The notes beneath the pieces were generated by a model. The model made no database searches, was not told the DNA's origin, and saw only the letters and a list, made by a program, of their open reading frames with translations. A DNA stretch of 64,000 bases from a virus. Taxonomy: Duplodnaviria; Caudoviricetes. Shown in pieces: positions 57,252 through 64,000 of the stretch. How positions within the stretch are numbered: position 1 is the first letter of the stretch; every line of letters starts with the position of its first letter. The stretch lies in the IMG/VR virus record IMGVR_UViG_2716884858_000003, positions 50,479-114,478 of that record; one strand, written 5' to 3'. The position numbers and the translations under genes were made by a program.

Positions 57252-57718
57252 TGGCCATTCGGACCTCCCCCTCCCGGAGCCTGCCCGGTAACCCGCTGGG
57301 CGGGGTGCTGCGCCACCTGGACGCCCGCTCGAGGATCGCCGGCCGCACCCGCACCACGGGCCTGACGTTCGAGCAGGAAGCACCCCCGGCCGAGGCGCCG
57401 CCCGTGCGCGCGCCTGCATGGCCTGCTGCCGCCGTGCTGACCACCGGCGAGGACGGGCGGGCCCGGTGGGCGTTCCCGGCGCCGTACGGAGCTGCCCCGG
57501 CCGTCTCGGCGCTCGCCCTGGACCCGGCGCCCGAGGACGACGACCGCACGGTGCTCGTCGCCCTGGAGGAGGCCACCACCTGGTGCGTAGTCGTGCGGGT
57601 GTGGCGCACCAGGGGGCGGCGCGGTGCGGGGGTGGCGGAGCCGGCCGGGGCCGGGGTGCGTGTGCACGTGACCGCCCAGGACGTCGCTGCGGCACCGCCC
57701 AACCCCGAGGCAAACTAG
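57251..57718 (+). CDS. Hypothetical phage tail-region protein
   Basis: TGATG coupling. Confidence 0.6.
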   Translation: MAIRTSPSRSLPGNPLGGVLRHLDARSRIAGRTRTTGLTFEQEAPPAEAPPVRAPAWPAAAVLTTGEDGRARWAFPAPYGAAPAVSALALDPAPEDDDRTVLVALEEATTWCVVVRVWRTRGRRGAGVAEPAGAGVRVHVTAQDVAAAPPNPEAN

Positions 57719-57793
57719 GGCGCAACATGCGCAACCCCCGCGAAGGTGGGCACCAGGCGCGGGGGTTGCACTGCCGACTGATTGGGAGTCGAC

Positions 57794-58567
57794 GTGACCC
57801 ACGATAGGGGCCGTGCGCCCGAGGAGGCGCCCGAGCGCGCCTGCGCCATCTGCGGGACGAGCCTGGAGGGCTACCGGAGCCACGCCCGGGTGTGCTCCAG
57901 CAAGGCGTGCCGCAACGCCGCGGCGAGCAAGCTGCCACGGCTGTGGAAGACCGCCAGGCCGAAGCAGTGCACCGTGGTCGAGGACGGCGTGAGGTGCACC
58001 AGGACGGCCACCAAGCGGATGACCACCGACGTGTGGTGCTCGATCCACGACGGCCGCGCCCTCCGTACCGGCAGCCCGCTCGTCCTCAAGGCAGTCCGAC
58101 GACCGCAAGGCGAGGTGCGCGCCCTGCTGGACCAGGCAGCCGCACACGACGGCGACGGGTGTTTCCTTGTGCCCGGCCCTGACGGTGGGCGGCTGTCCGT
58201 CTCGTACCAGGGCCGACCGATGACCGCCGCCCGGGCCGTGTGGATGATCCGCCACGGGGACCCGGGCGACCGGCACGTCCTCCACACCTGCCACCGCGGC
58301 GACGAGGGGTGCGCCAGCGTCGGCCACCTGTACCTGGGCGACCACGAGCAGAACATGGTGGACATGATCGAGTCCGGGCGCAGCACACACGGCGAGCGGC
58401 ACGCCTTCCACCAGCTGACGGAGGAACAGGTGCGGGACATCGTCCGGCGGGCTCGCGCGGGCGAGAAGCAGCGGGTGCTCGCCGCGGAGTTCGGCATCTC
58501 GCAGACGCACGTCTCGAACCTGAAGAACGGCAAGGCGTGGTGGCGCATCACTAGCATGGGCCAGTAG
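57794..58567 (+). CDS. HNH endonuclease with C-terminal HTH, paralogue of 46928
   Basis: VLHTCHRGDEGCASVGHLYLGDHEQN; start GTG 57794 from shared leader. Confidence 0.88.
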   Translation: MTHDRGRAPEEAPERACAICGTSLEGYRSHARVCSSKACRNAAASKLPRLWKTARPKQCTVVEDGVRCTRTATKRMTTDVWCSIHDGRALRTGSPLVLKAVRRPQGEVRALLDQAAAHDGDGCFLVPGPDGGRLSVSYQGRPMTAARAVWMIRHGDPGDRHVLHTCHRGDEGCASVGHLYLGDHEQNMVDMIESGRSTHGERHAFHQLTEEQVRDIVRRARAGEKQRVLAAEFGISQTHVSNLKNGKAWWRITSMGQ

Positions 58568-58616
58568 TCGCTGGTTCAGGGCCGGACTCACTTCGCACCC
58601 GAGGGGTGAGTCCGGT
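58552..58616 (+). promoter_or_regulatory. Late leader element
   Basis: TAGCAT 58552; AGT-CG-CTGGTT-CAG-GGCCGG-ACT 58566-58588. Confidence 0.75.
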
Positions 58617-59337
58617 AGCAGCAGTTTGTGTAGATGACAGCTATTTCGAGGTGGGCGATGACGGGCGGCTGACGCTCGTCCCCGGGCAGCAGGGCCTGCG
58701 TAACGTCCTGTACTTCAAGACTCCGGGGGCTGACACCTTCAAGAAGGCCGACTATCCATGGCTCGCGCGGGTGTTCGTCATGGTTCAGGCCGGTGGGGGA
58801 GGCGCGGCCGGCGCCCGCGCGAACGCCAACCAGTTGGTGGCGCAGCCGGGGGGCTCGGGTGGCGGGTACGCGGAGCGGCTGATCGCGGCGTCCGCGCTCG
58901 GCGCCACGGAGGCCATCGTCGTCGGCGACGCCGGCATCGCGGGCACGCCGACAGGGGACGGCGGCCCGGGCGGTAACTCCTCCTTCGGCGGCCTGTGCAC
59001 CGCGCTGGGCGGCAACCCGGGCCAGGCCGTCATGCCGTCCGGGGCGACGCCCATGTGCCTGTCGGGTACCTCCGGGCCGCTTGCCGGGGTGGGCGATATG
59101 GCGCAGGGCGGGGGCCCCGGGGGCGGAGCCCTGCGGATCAGCGGCGGTGAGGGGCAGAGCGGGGAGGGCGGGGAGTCCCGGCTGGGCCACGGCGGATGGC
59201 AGCGCTCCTCCTCGGGCGGCGGTGGGGCGGGCCGCGGCTACGGCGGCGGCGCGGCCGGCGCCCTGGCCAGGGACGGCGACAGTGTGAACGGCACCCCTGG
59301 CGGTGCGGGCATCGTCATCGTGTACCTGTACGGCTGA
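58606..59337 (+). CDS. Glycine-rich minor tail protein
   Basis: VQAGGGG..GGSGGGYAE..GYGGGAAG..GGAGIVIV. Confidence 0.8.
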   Translation: MSPVAAVCVDDSYFEVGDDGRLTLVPGQQGLRNVLYFKTPGADTFKKADYPWLARVFVMVQAGGGGAAGARANANQLVAQPGGSGGGYAERLIAASALGATEAIVVGDAGIAGTPTGDGGPGGNSSFGGLCTALGGNPGQAVMPSGATPMCLSGTSGPLAGVGDMAQGGGPGGGALRISGGEGQSGEGGESRLGHGGWQRSSSGGGGAGRGYGGGAAGALARDGDSVNGTPGGAGIVIVYLYG

Positions 59338-59341
59338 CCCC

Positions 59342-59474
59342 GTGTCCTGGACGCGTCTGGACACCCGTGTCCGGACAGTGTCCGTGCAGGTCAGCCGTGT
59401 CCGGTGCTCATGTCCCGGATGGTGTCCGCGCGTTGTCCGGACATCGGCCCGGACTTGTCCGCGATGGTGTCCGG
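59342..59474 (-). repeat. Phased CCGGACAC-like array, intergenic, inverted relative to 27196-27313
   Basis: About 9 (G/T/A)TGTCC copies, many 11-13 bp apart; GCAGGTCA at 59386. Confidence 0.75.
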
Positions 59475-59486
59475 GCAGGCCGTCGA

Positions 59487-59557
59487 TAGACTCGACGGTG
59501 CGCCGCTGGTTTAGGTCCGGGCCACGATCAACCCCCAAGGACGGTGGGATCAGTGGC
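59487..59557 (+). promoter_or_regulatory. Late leader element
   Basis: TAGACT 59487; GC-CG-CTGGTT-TAG-GTCCGG-GC 59502-59522. Confidence 0.7.
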
Positions 59558-60389
59558 GAGGTGCGGATGCGCCGGAGGCGCGTGCAACTGCGCGGTGGAG
59601 TCCGGGACCAACGTCAGCGTCAGCGGTTCCGGGTCGGCGGCCAACCCGTACGTCATCAGCGCGGCGATTCCATGCGCGGACGTGAGGGCGTGTCTGTCCG
59701 CCGGGCCCGGCATCAACCTGGACCAGGCCACCGGCGCGATTTCCGCGGACCTGTCCGGGCAGGCAGGCAACAACGTGACGATCGGGCCGGACGGCGGCCT
59801 GTACGTGCCCACGGCCGGCGGCGCGGTGCTCACGGGCTGCGGCCTGGTCGGCAACGGCACCGCGAGCGCCCCCGTCAAGGCAAAGACCGGGACGTGGCCG
59901 TACCCGTGCAGCCTCGACACGTTCGGCGGAGTGGTGGCGTGCGACAGCAACGGCGTCCTGCGGGGCGAGCCGCGCGGCAGGCTCTCGTTCGCGTCCTACT
60001 TCGACAACCGGGACTATCCCGACGTGCCGGTCCCGGCCGCCCAGAACACGGTGCTGGACAACTTCACGGTCAATGTGACCAACCCCGACACGTGCCGCAC
60101 CGCCATGGTGCTGACGGAGCGGGAGGTGGACGTGTATGTCGTGCTGCCAGCCGGGGCCGCCGCGGGCACCGGGCACAGCAATGACGAGATGTACTACATG
60201 CGCAACAGCGGCACGAGCACCATCGTTGGCACGCACGTCCAGACCACGAAGTTCCTGGCGGAGCCGGCCCTGCTCGCCCCCGGCGCGACGATGCCGGTGA
60301 CGCTGACCGCGACCGGTGGCCGCGGCGCGGGCGGCGCCTACTACTACGGCATCAACTTTGTCCTCCGGACCATGATCATCAGCCTGTGA
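59553..60389 (+). CDS. Fibre-like protein, paralogue of 43146
   Basis: MARCGCAGGACNC..GSAANPY..CADVRAC..G.DGGLY. Confidence 0.75.
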   Translation: MARCGCAGGACNCAVESGTNVSVSGSGSAANPYVISAAIPCADVRACLSAGPGINLDQATGAISADLSGQAGNNVTIGPDGGLYVPTAGGAVLTGCGLVGNGTASAPVKAKTGTWPYPCSLDTFGGVVACDSNGVLRGEPRGRLSFASYFDNRDYPDVPVPAAQNTVLDNFTVNVTNPDTCRTAMVLTEREVDVYVVLPAGAAAGTGHSNDEMYYMRNSGTSTIVGTHVQTTKFLAEPALLAPGATMPVTLTATGGRGAGGAYYYGINFVLRTMIISL

Positions 60390-60400
60390 GGAGCGCGACT

Positions 60401-60784
60401 ATGTCCCTGGGACTTCCCGGTCTGCCCGAGTGGCCGTGGCCTGACGGCGATGACCCGACGACGCCGCCCAAGCCGACGACGCATTACGTCCAGTACCCGG
60501 ACGGCCACATCAGCCAGATCACCGCCACCGGCGCGGAACCCGTACTCGCCGAGGGCGCCAAGCTGCTGACGCAGGAGCAGTACGAGGAGACGCGCGCCCA
60601 GATGCTGGAGGCGCATGAGGCGCGCCTGACGGAGCTCCAGGCCGGGGAGGAGGCAGCGCAGCTCCAGCAGTACAAGGACCTGCGGGCGGTGGGCCTGCCG
60701 GAGGCGACCGCGCGGTCCTTGTCCGGCTACACCGGCCAGGCCGTGGCCGGCGACGCCCAAGGCGCTGCACAGACGGCCGGTTAG
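60401..60784 (+). CDS. Small phage protein following fibre gene
   Basis: SD GAGGAG; YPDG..GAKLLTQEQY then coiled coil. Confidence 0.7.
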   Translation: MSLGLPGLPEWPWPDGDDPTTPPKPTTHYVQYPDGHISQITATGAEPVLAEGAKLLTQEQYEETRAQMLEAHEARLTELQAGEEAAQLQQYKDLRAVGLPEATARSLSGYTGQAVAGDAQGAAQTAG

Positions 60785-60851
60785 ACTCCTCAGCAGTCGC
60801 TGGTTCAGGGCCGGACGAGGTACCCCGCTACGGGAGTGATCCGCCTTGTCC
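60782..60851 (+). promoter_or_regulatory. Late leader element (lysis)
   Basis: TAGACT 60782; GT-CG-CTGGTT-CAG-GGCCGG-AC 60796-60816. Confidence 0.75.
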
Positions 60852-60896
60852 CACGACCCCCGCACCAGCAACGTGCCCGGCCGGGACGGCTGCTGA
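60846..60896 (+). CDS. Putative 16-aa leader peptide coupled to endolysin
   Basis: SD GGGAG 60832-60836, TTG 60846, TGATG overlap with endolysin start. Confidence 0.5.
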   Translation: MSHDPRTSNVPGRDGC

Positions 60897-62005
60897 TGTC
60901 CGCCCCGATGACGCCCGCCGACTGGCGGGCCGCCCTCACGGCGGAGGGCGTGCCCTTCACTGAGCTGGAGGGATGGACCACCCGCGGCCGCGACGCCGCC
61001 ACCGGCAAGGTGTTCGGGCCGGTCCACGGCGTCCTCAACCACCACACGGCCGGCCGGGACTCCCTCCAGTCCATCGCCTACCGCGGCCAGAGCGCGGCCG
61101 TCCCGGCCCCGCTCGCCCACGCCCTGCTGCCCAAGACCGGCCGCCTGGTGCTCGTCGCCGACGGCCGCGCCAACCATGCCGGCCTGGCCGCGAAGAACTC
61201 GTTCGACGCGATCGTGGCCGAGAAGCCGATCCCCAAGCCGTCCAAGGCGAGCGGCACGGTGGACGGCAACGATGCCCTGTACGGCCTGGAGGTCGAGAAC
61301 CTCGGGGACGGCAAGGACACGTACACCCGTGCCCAGTACGACAGTTGGGTGCGGTTCAACGCCGCCATCTGCCGCCACCACGACTGGGGTGCCGGGAGCT
61401 GCGCTGGCCACCTGGAGACGAGCGTGGAGGGCAAGCCGGACCCGCTCGGCCCGGTGGAGGGCTACGGCAAGCGCGGGCGATTCCAGTTCACCATGACCCA
61501 GCTGCGGGCCGACGTCGCGGAGCGCCTGGCGCACCCGGCGAGCTGGAGCCCCGAGCAGGCGAGCACCCCCCAGGAGATCAGCGTGGAAGGACCCGCGTAC
61601 GTCAACCTCGGCCTGGAGCACGGCTATGAGCTCGCGCCCGGCCTGTGGGACGAGATCGGTTTCACCGAGGAGTGGAGCGACGAGCTTGGCCAGCACGCCG
61701 CCGACAGCGAGGTGTTCGTCACCGGCGCGGCCCGCTTCACCGGCTCCCTCTCGCTCCGGCTGGAGGGCCTGCCCGCGGGCGACGTCGTCCAGGTCCGCAT
61801 GAGCGAGTGGGAGGGCAGCACCCTCAAGGCCCTGCACCCGATCCACGAGGTGATCGGCACCCCGGGCGGCGCCTACGGCGTGGTGGCCCTGGTCAAGCGG
61901 CTCGGTGCGGGCCGCTCCATGCGCGTCCGGCTGCTCAATCAGGGCGCCGGCCAGGTCGAGGTGGCCAGCGCCGTCCTGACGGCCCTGGTGTGGAAGGAGT
62001 CCTGA
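60896..62005 (+). CDS. Endolysin, N-acetylmuramoyl-L-alanine amidase (amidase_2 type)
   Basis: VLNHHTAG, GRANHAG, GLEVEN, GHLE..KPDP. Confidence 0.9.
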   Translation: MSAPMTPADWRAALTAEGVPFTELEGWTTRGRDAATGKVFGPVHGVLNHHTAGRDSLQSIAYRGQSAAVPAPLAHALLPKTGRLVLVADGRANHAGLAAKNSFDAIVAEKPIPKPSKASGTVDGNDALYGLEVENLGDGKDTYTRAQYDSWVRFNAAICRHHDWGAGSCAGHLETSVEGKPDPLGPVEGYGKRGRFQFTMTQLRADVAERLAHPASWSPEQASTPQEISVEGPAYVNLGLEHGYELAPGLWDEIGFTEEWSDELGQHAADSEVFVTGAARFTGSLSLRLEGLPAGDVVQVRMSEWEGSTLKALHPIHEVIGTPGGAYGVVALVKRLGAGRSMRVRLLNQGAGQVEVASAVLTALVWKES

Positions 62006-62009
62006 CCTC

Positions 62010-62273
62010 ATGAGCCTCAACGGTTTCCAGCTCCCGGACGGCGGAGCGGTCCTGCGCACGGCCGAGACGTACGCGCGCGACCTTTTCGAGCGGGTCCTCA
62101 GCACCGCGGCGGCCGGGTTCGTGGCCGCGTTCATCCCGGCCCAGGCCGCCGACGCTTCCATGTGGTACGCCGCTGGTGGCGCCGCGGTCGGCGCGGTGTA
62201 CTCCCTCATCAAGGGCATGGTGGCCCGGGCAATCGGTGACCCCAACAGTGCCAGCCTGTCCCGAAAGGTGTAG
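62010..62273 (+). CDS. Holin
   Basis: DLFERVLST, two TM helices, after endolysin. Confidence 0.8.
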   Translation: MSLNGFQLPDGGAVLRTAETYARDLFERVLSTAAAGFVAAFIPAQAADASMWYAAGGAAVGAVYSLIKGMVARAIGDPNSASLSRKV

Positions 62274-62276
62274 CGG

Positions 62277-62561
62277 ATGAGCACGCCGGAGGGGGCGGTG
62301 GCCGTCGAACTGGAGCGTCTGCGCGGCGCCGTGGCAACCGGGTTCGCGGAGGTCAAAGGCTCGTTGTCTGTCCTGATGGAGCGGTCCACGCGCACTGAGC
62401 AGGACCTGGCACGGCTGCGTGATGACACGGACAAGGAGATCGACGCCCTCAAGTCGGAGGTGGAGCAGCTCAAGGCCAGACGCTGGCCGCTGGGAGTGCT
62501 CGGAGCCGTGGCTGGCGTTGCTGGCGCTGCGACAGGAGCGATCTCTCTGTTCGTGCGCTGA
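62277..62561 (+). CDS. Lysis-cassette membrane protein (coiled coil plus C-terminal TM)
   Basis: VAVELERLRG..RRWPL plus hydrophobic tail. Confidence 0.7.
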   Translation: MSTPEGAVAVELERLRGAVATGFAEVKGSLSVLMERSTRTEQDLARLRDDTDKEIDALKSEVEQLKARRWPLGVLGAVAGVAGAATGAISLFVR

Positions 62562-62582
62562 CCGCCCCCGGTCGCCCAAGAC

Positions 62583-62620
62583 GGACGCCCGCCCCCTCTG
62601 TGTCCGGGGGGTGGGCGTTC
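62583..62620 (+). terminator. Hairpin ending late operon
   Basis: GGACGCCCGCCCCC / GGGGGTGGGCGTTC. Confidence 0.65.
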
Positions 62621-62716
62621 CTTATGCCATTATGTCCGGCCCGATGAGACGGAGGCGATGGTGACGACCCTTCACCTGGAGCGCGCGGAGTACGCCCGGC
62701 TGGGGGGCGGTGCCCG

Positions 62717-63157
62717 GTGAGCGAGCAGGAGACGGTGGACCGGATCAACGCCATGCTGGCGGAGATGCCGCCGCTGGCCGCCGCGGCCCTGGTCCAGCAG
62801 TGGCACAAGGATGCCACGCGGATGGGCGCCCAGGCGCTGGAGCCGGCGCCCCTGATGCGCGCCCCGGAGTTCCCATGGGGGCTGCACGGCCTCAACGCCA
62901 CGGTGGCCCGGTACGAGTGCCGTCAGCCCGGGTGCTCCACGGTGTACCTGGAGCAGGTGGACGAGCTGCCCGGGCCGCTGACGCTGCCGGCGAACTTCAC
63001 CGCCGATGACGTATCGGCAGCCATCACCGCTCAGGCGAACGAGCGCAGCCAGCTGCGGCTGGACCGCGTACAGCAGGTATTCACCGAGCACTACCGCGCC
63101 GAGCGCCCCGAGGCACTGGAGGAGATCCATGGGACACCGTCCCTGGCCGCGCGTTGA
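62717..63157 (+). CDS. Hypothetical phage protein
   Basis: Typical codon usage; C..C..H residues. Confidence 0.6.
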   Translation: MSEQETVDRINAMLAEMPPLAAAALVQQWHKDATRMGAQALEPAPLMRAPEFPWGLHGLNATVARYECRQPGCSTVYLEQVDELPGPLTLPANFTADDVSAAITAQANERSQLRLDRVQQVFTEHYRAERPEALEEIHGTPSLAAR

Positions 63158-63440
63158 CCGCGCCCGCCGCCAGATCGAGCGGGCGACGGACCTGCACCCG
63201 TGCCCGTGGTGCAAGCACCCGCTCCAGGCCCACGACGTGCAGGCCGGACAGCGGGTGTGCACACGCGGCCATGAGGAGCCGTCCTGCCGGGACTGCCGGA
63301 CGATCCGCAACAAGCTGACGGGCCCGGGGCTTCAACTGTGGACGTTCGCCCGGATCGTGGCGAGTCCGCCCAGCGCGCGGCCGGCGCCGCTGGCGTTCGG
63401 GCGGCCTGTGGCCCGGGCTGGTGTCAGACCCCCCACGTAG
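63129..63440 (+). CDS. Small zinc-binding hypothetical protein
   Basis: SD GGAGGAG; CPWC.H..H..C..CRDC. Confidence 0.55.
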   Translation: MGHRPWPRVDRARRQIERATDLHPCPWCKHPLQAHDVQAGQRVCTRGHEEPSCRDCRTIRNKLTGPGLQLWTFARIVASPPSARPAPLAFGRPVARAGVRPPT

Positions 63441-63443
63441 CGT
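63422..63443 (+). promoter_or_regulatory. PafBC-type (RecA-NDp) promoter
   Basis: TGTCAG-N10-TAGCGT. Confidence 0.55.
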
Positions 63444-63531
63444 GGCAATTGTCCAGATGGCTGGTGCTGCCACTGGCGCATGTGAAGCGCCCCGTCCCGG
63501 CGTGGAAACTCGGAGCGGGGCGCACCCATGA

Positions 63532-63705
63532 TCAGGCAGCCGTGGTCACGTCGTCGCGGGAGAGCTGTGACCACAGCGACAGCAGGTGCCGGTACTTCTC
63601 GGCGCGCGTGGTGGTGGCCGGCTCGTCCATCAGGCGGCGAATGAGGTCGTTGACCTCGTCGAGGGCGCGCGGCACCTGGCCGTCAGGCCCGGAAGAGTGG
63701 GACAT
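63532..63705 (-). CDS. 57-aa protein (not in ORF track), probably leaderless
   Basis: MSHSSGPDGQVPRALDEVNDLIRRLM..YRHLLSLW..VTTAA; ATG 7 nt after -10 box. Confidence 0.65.
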   Translation of the reverse strand: MSHSSGPDGQVPRALDEVNDLIRRLMDEPATTTRAEKYRHLLSLWSQLSRDDVTTAA

Positions 63706-63711
63706 GGCCTC

Positions 63712-63750
63712 ACCGTACGGGGAGGGTCTGACAATCGCGAATGTGTTCTA
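63712..63750 (-). promoter_or_regulatory. PafBC-type promoter with adjacent degenerate LexA-like box
   Basis: Minus strand TGTCAG-N10-TACGGT (63733-63712); TAGAAC-ACAT-TCGCGA (63750-63735). Confidence 0.6.
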
Positions 63751-63799
63751 TTCTTCGTTTGAGGTGACAGTTGCTCGTCGCCCAGAACAGGACACCGAC

Positions 63800-64000
63800 A
63801 TGACGACCCCAGTGCCCCCGATCACGGAACCCGACCCCAGCACCATGGTCTGCCCTGGCAGCCACATCGGGTTGTGCGCGGGATGCCAGCGGCAGACCTG
63901 GCGGTACGGCCCCGGCGGCCTGCCCCTGTGTACCTGGTGCTTTGCTGAGCAGAAGGCGCGGTGGGGGACCGGAGTCCGGTTCACCAGCACCCGCGGCTAG
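63800..64000 (+). CDS. 66-aa zinc-ribbon protein
   Basis: CAGC..YGPGG.PLCTWC. Confidence 0.6.
   Translation: MTTPVPPITEPDPSTMVCPGSHIGLCAGCQRQTWRYGPGGLPLCTWCFAEQKARWGTGVRFTSTRG

Larger units (their letters stand above)
19424..64000 (+). mobile_element. Prophage structural/lysis region, cluster-B/Rosebush-like siphovirus organisation; left end apparently deleted, continues past window
   Basis: Ordered portal, MuF-protease, capsid, tail, tape measure, baseplate, endolysin, holin genes; boundaries approximate. Confidence 0.88.

Noticed and set aside
30447-58567. Group I introns or inteins hosting the HNH genes
   Set aside because: HNH ORFs are free-standing between complete genes; no split ORFs or splice motifs seen
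27196-59474. CRISPR array
   Set aside because: Repeats are 6-8 bp and degenerate, late hairpins are dispersed, no spacers or cas genes
50326-60787. TAG-containing boxes being merely stop codons
   Set aside because: True at 50326 and 60782, but boxes at 28646, 43083, 45288, 49486 and 59487 are not stops of upstream genes
63338-64000. Single 220-aa ORF
   Set aside because: Overlaps a better minus-strand gene and promoters; only 63800-64000 looks coding

Overview
High-GC actinobacterial DNA, most likely Streptomyces, in three blocks. (1) 382-5057: three IS110-family elements stacked head-to-tail at one CTG core next to a tRNA(CAT) 3' remnant (att-like). Their non-coding ends carry readable bridge-RNA-type guide segments; two of them appear programmed against the end of the third. 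(2) 5517-19423: a divergent LamG-domain protein / RHS toxin pair with a Fic/Doc-type C-terminal toxin, a probable immunity gene, a 93-bp IS3-like MITE and a truncated orphan RHS module. (3) ~19424-64000: the structural and lysis arm of a siphovirus-type prophage resembling cluster-B (Rosebush-like) actinophages. It encodes a portal, a MuF-2H-protease fusion, two capsid proteins, modular Cys-rich fibres, tail genes, an endolysin and a holin; no terminase, integrase or repressor is visible. The strongest unexplained signal is a covarying RNA hairpin (outer stem-CG(A) bulge-CUGGUU-NAG-GGCCGG) found 9 times in 8 late-gene leaders, just downstream of TANNNT boxes. In each leader its 3' arm can alternatively pair over the Shine-Dalgarno sequence or start codon, which suggests an undescribed phage-wide translational switch. 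All family assignments come from motif recognition by eye; no searches were run.
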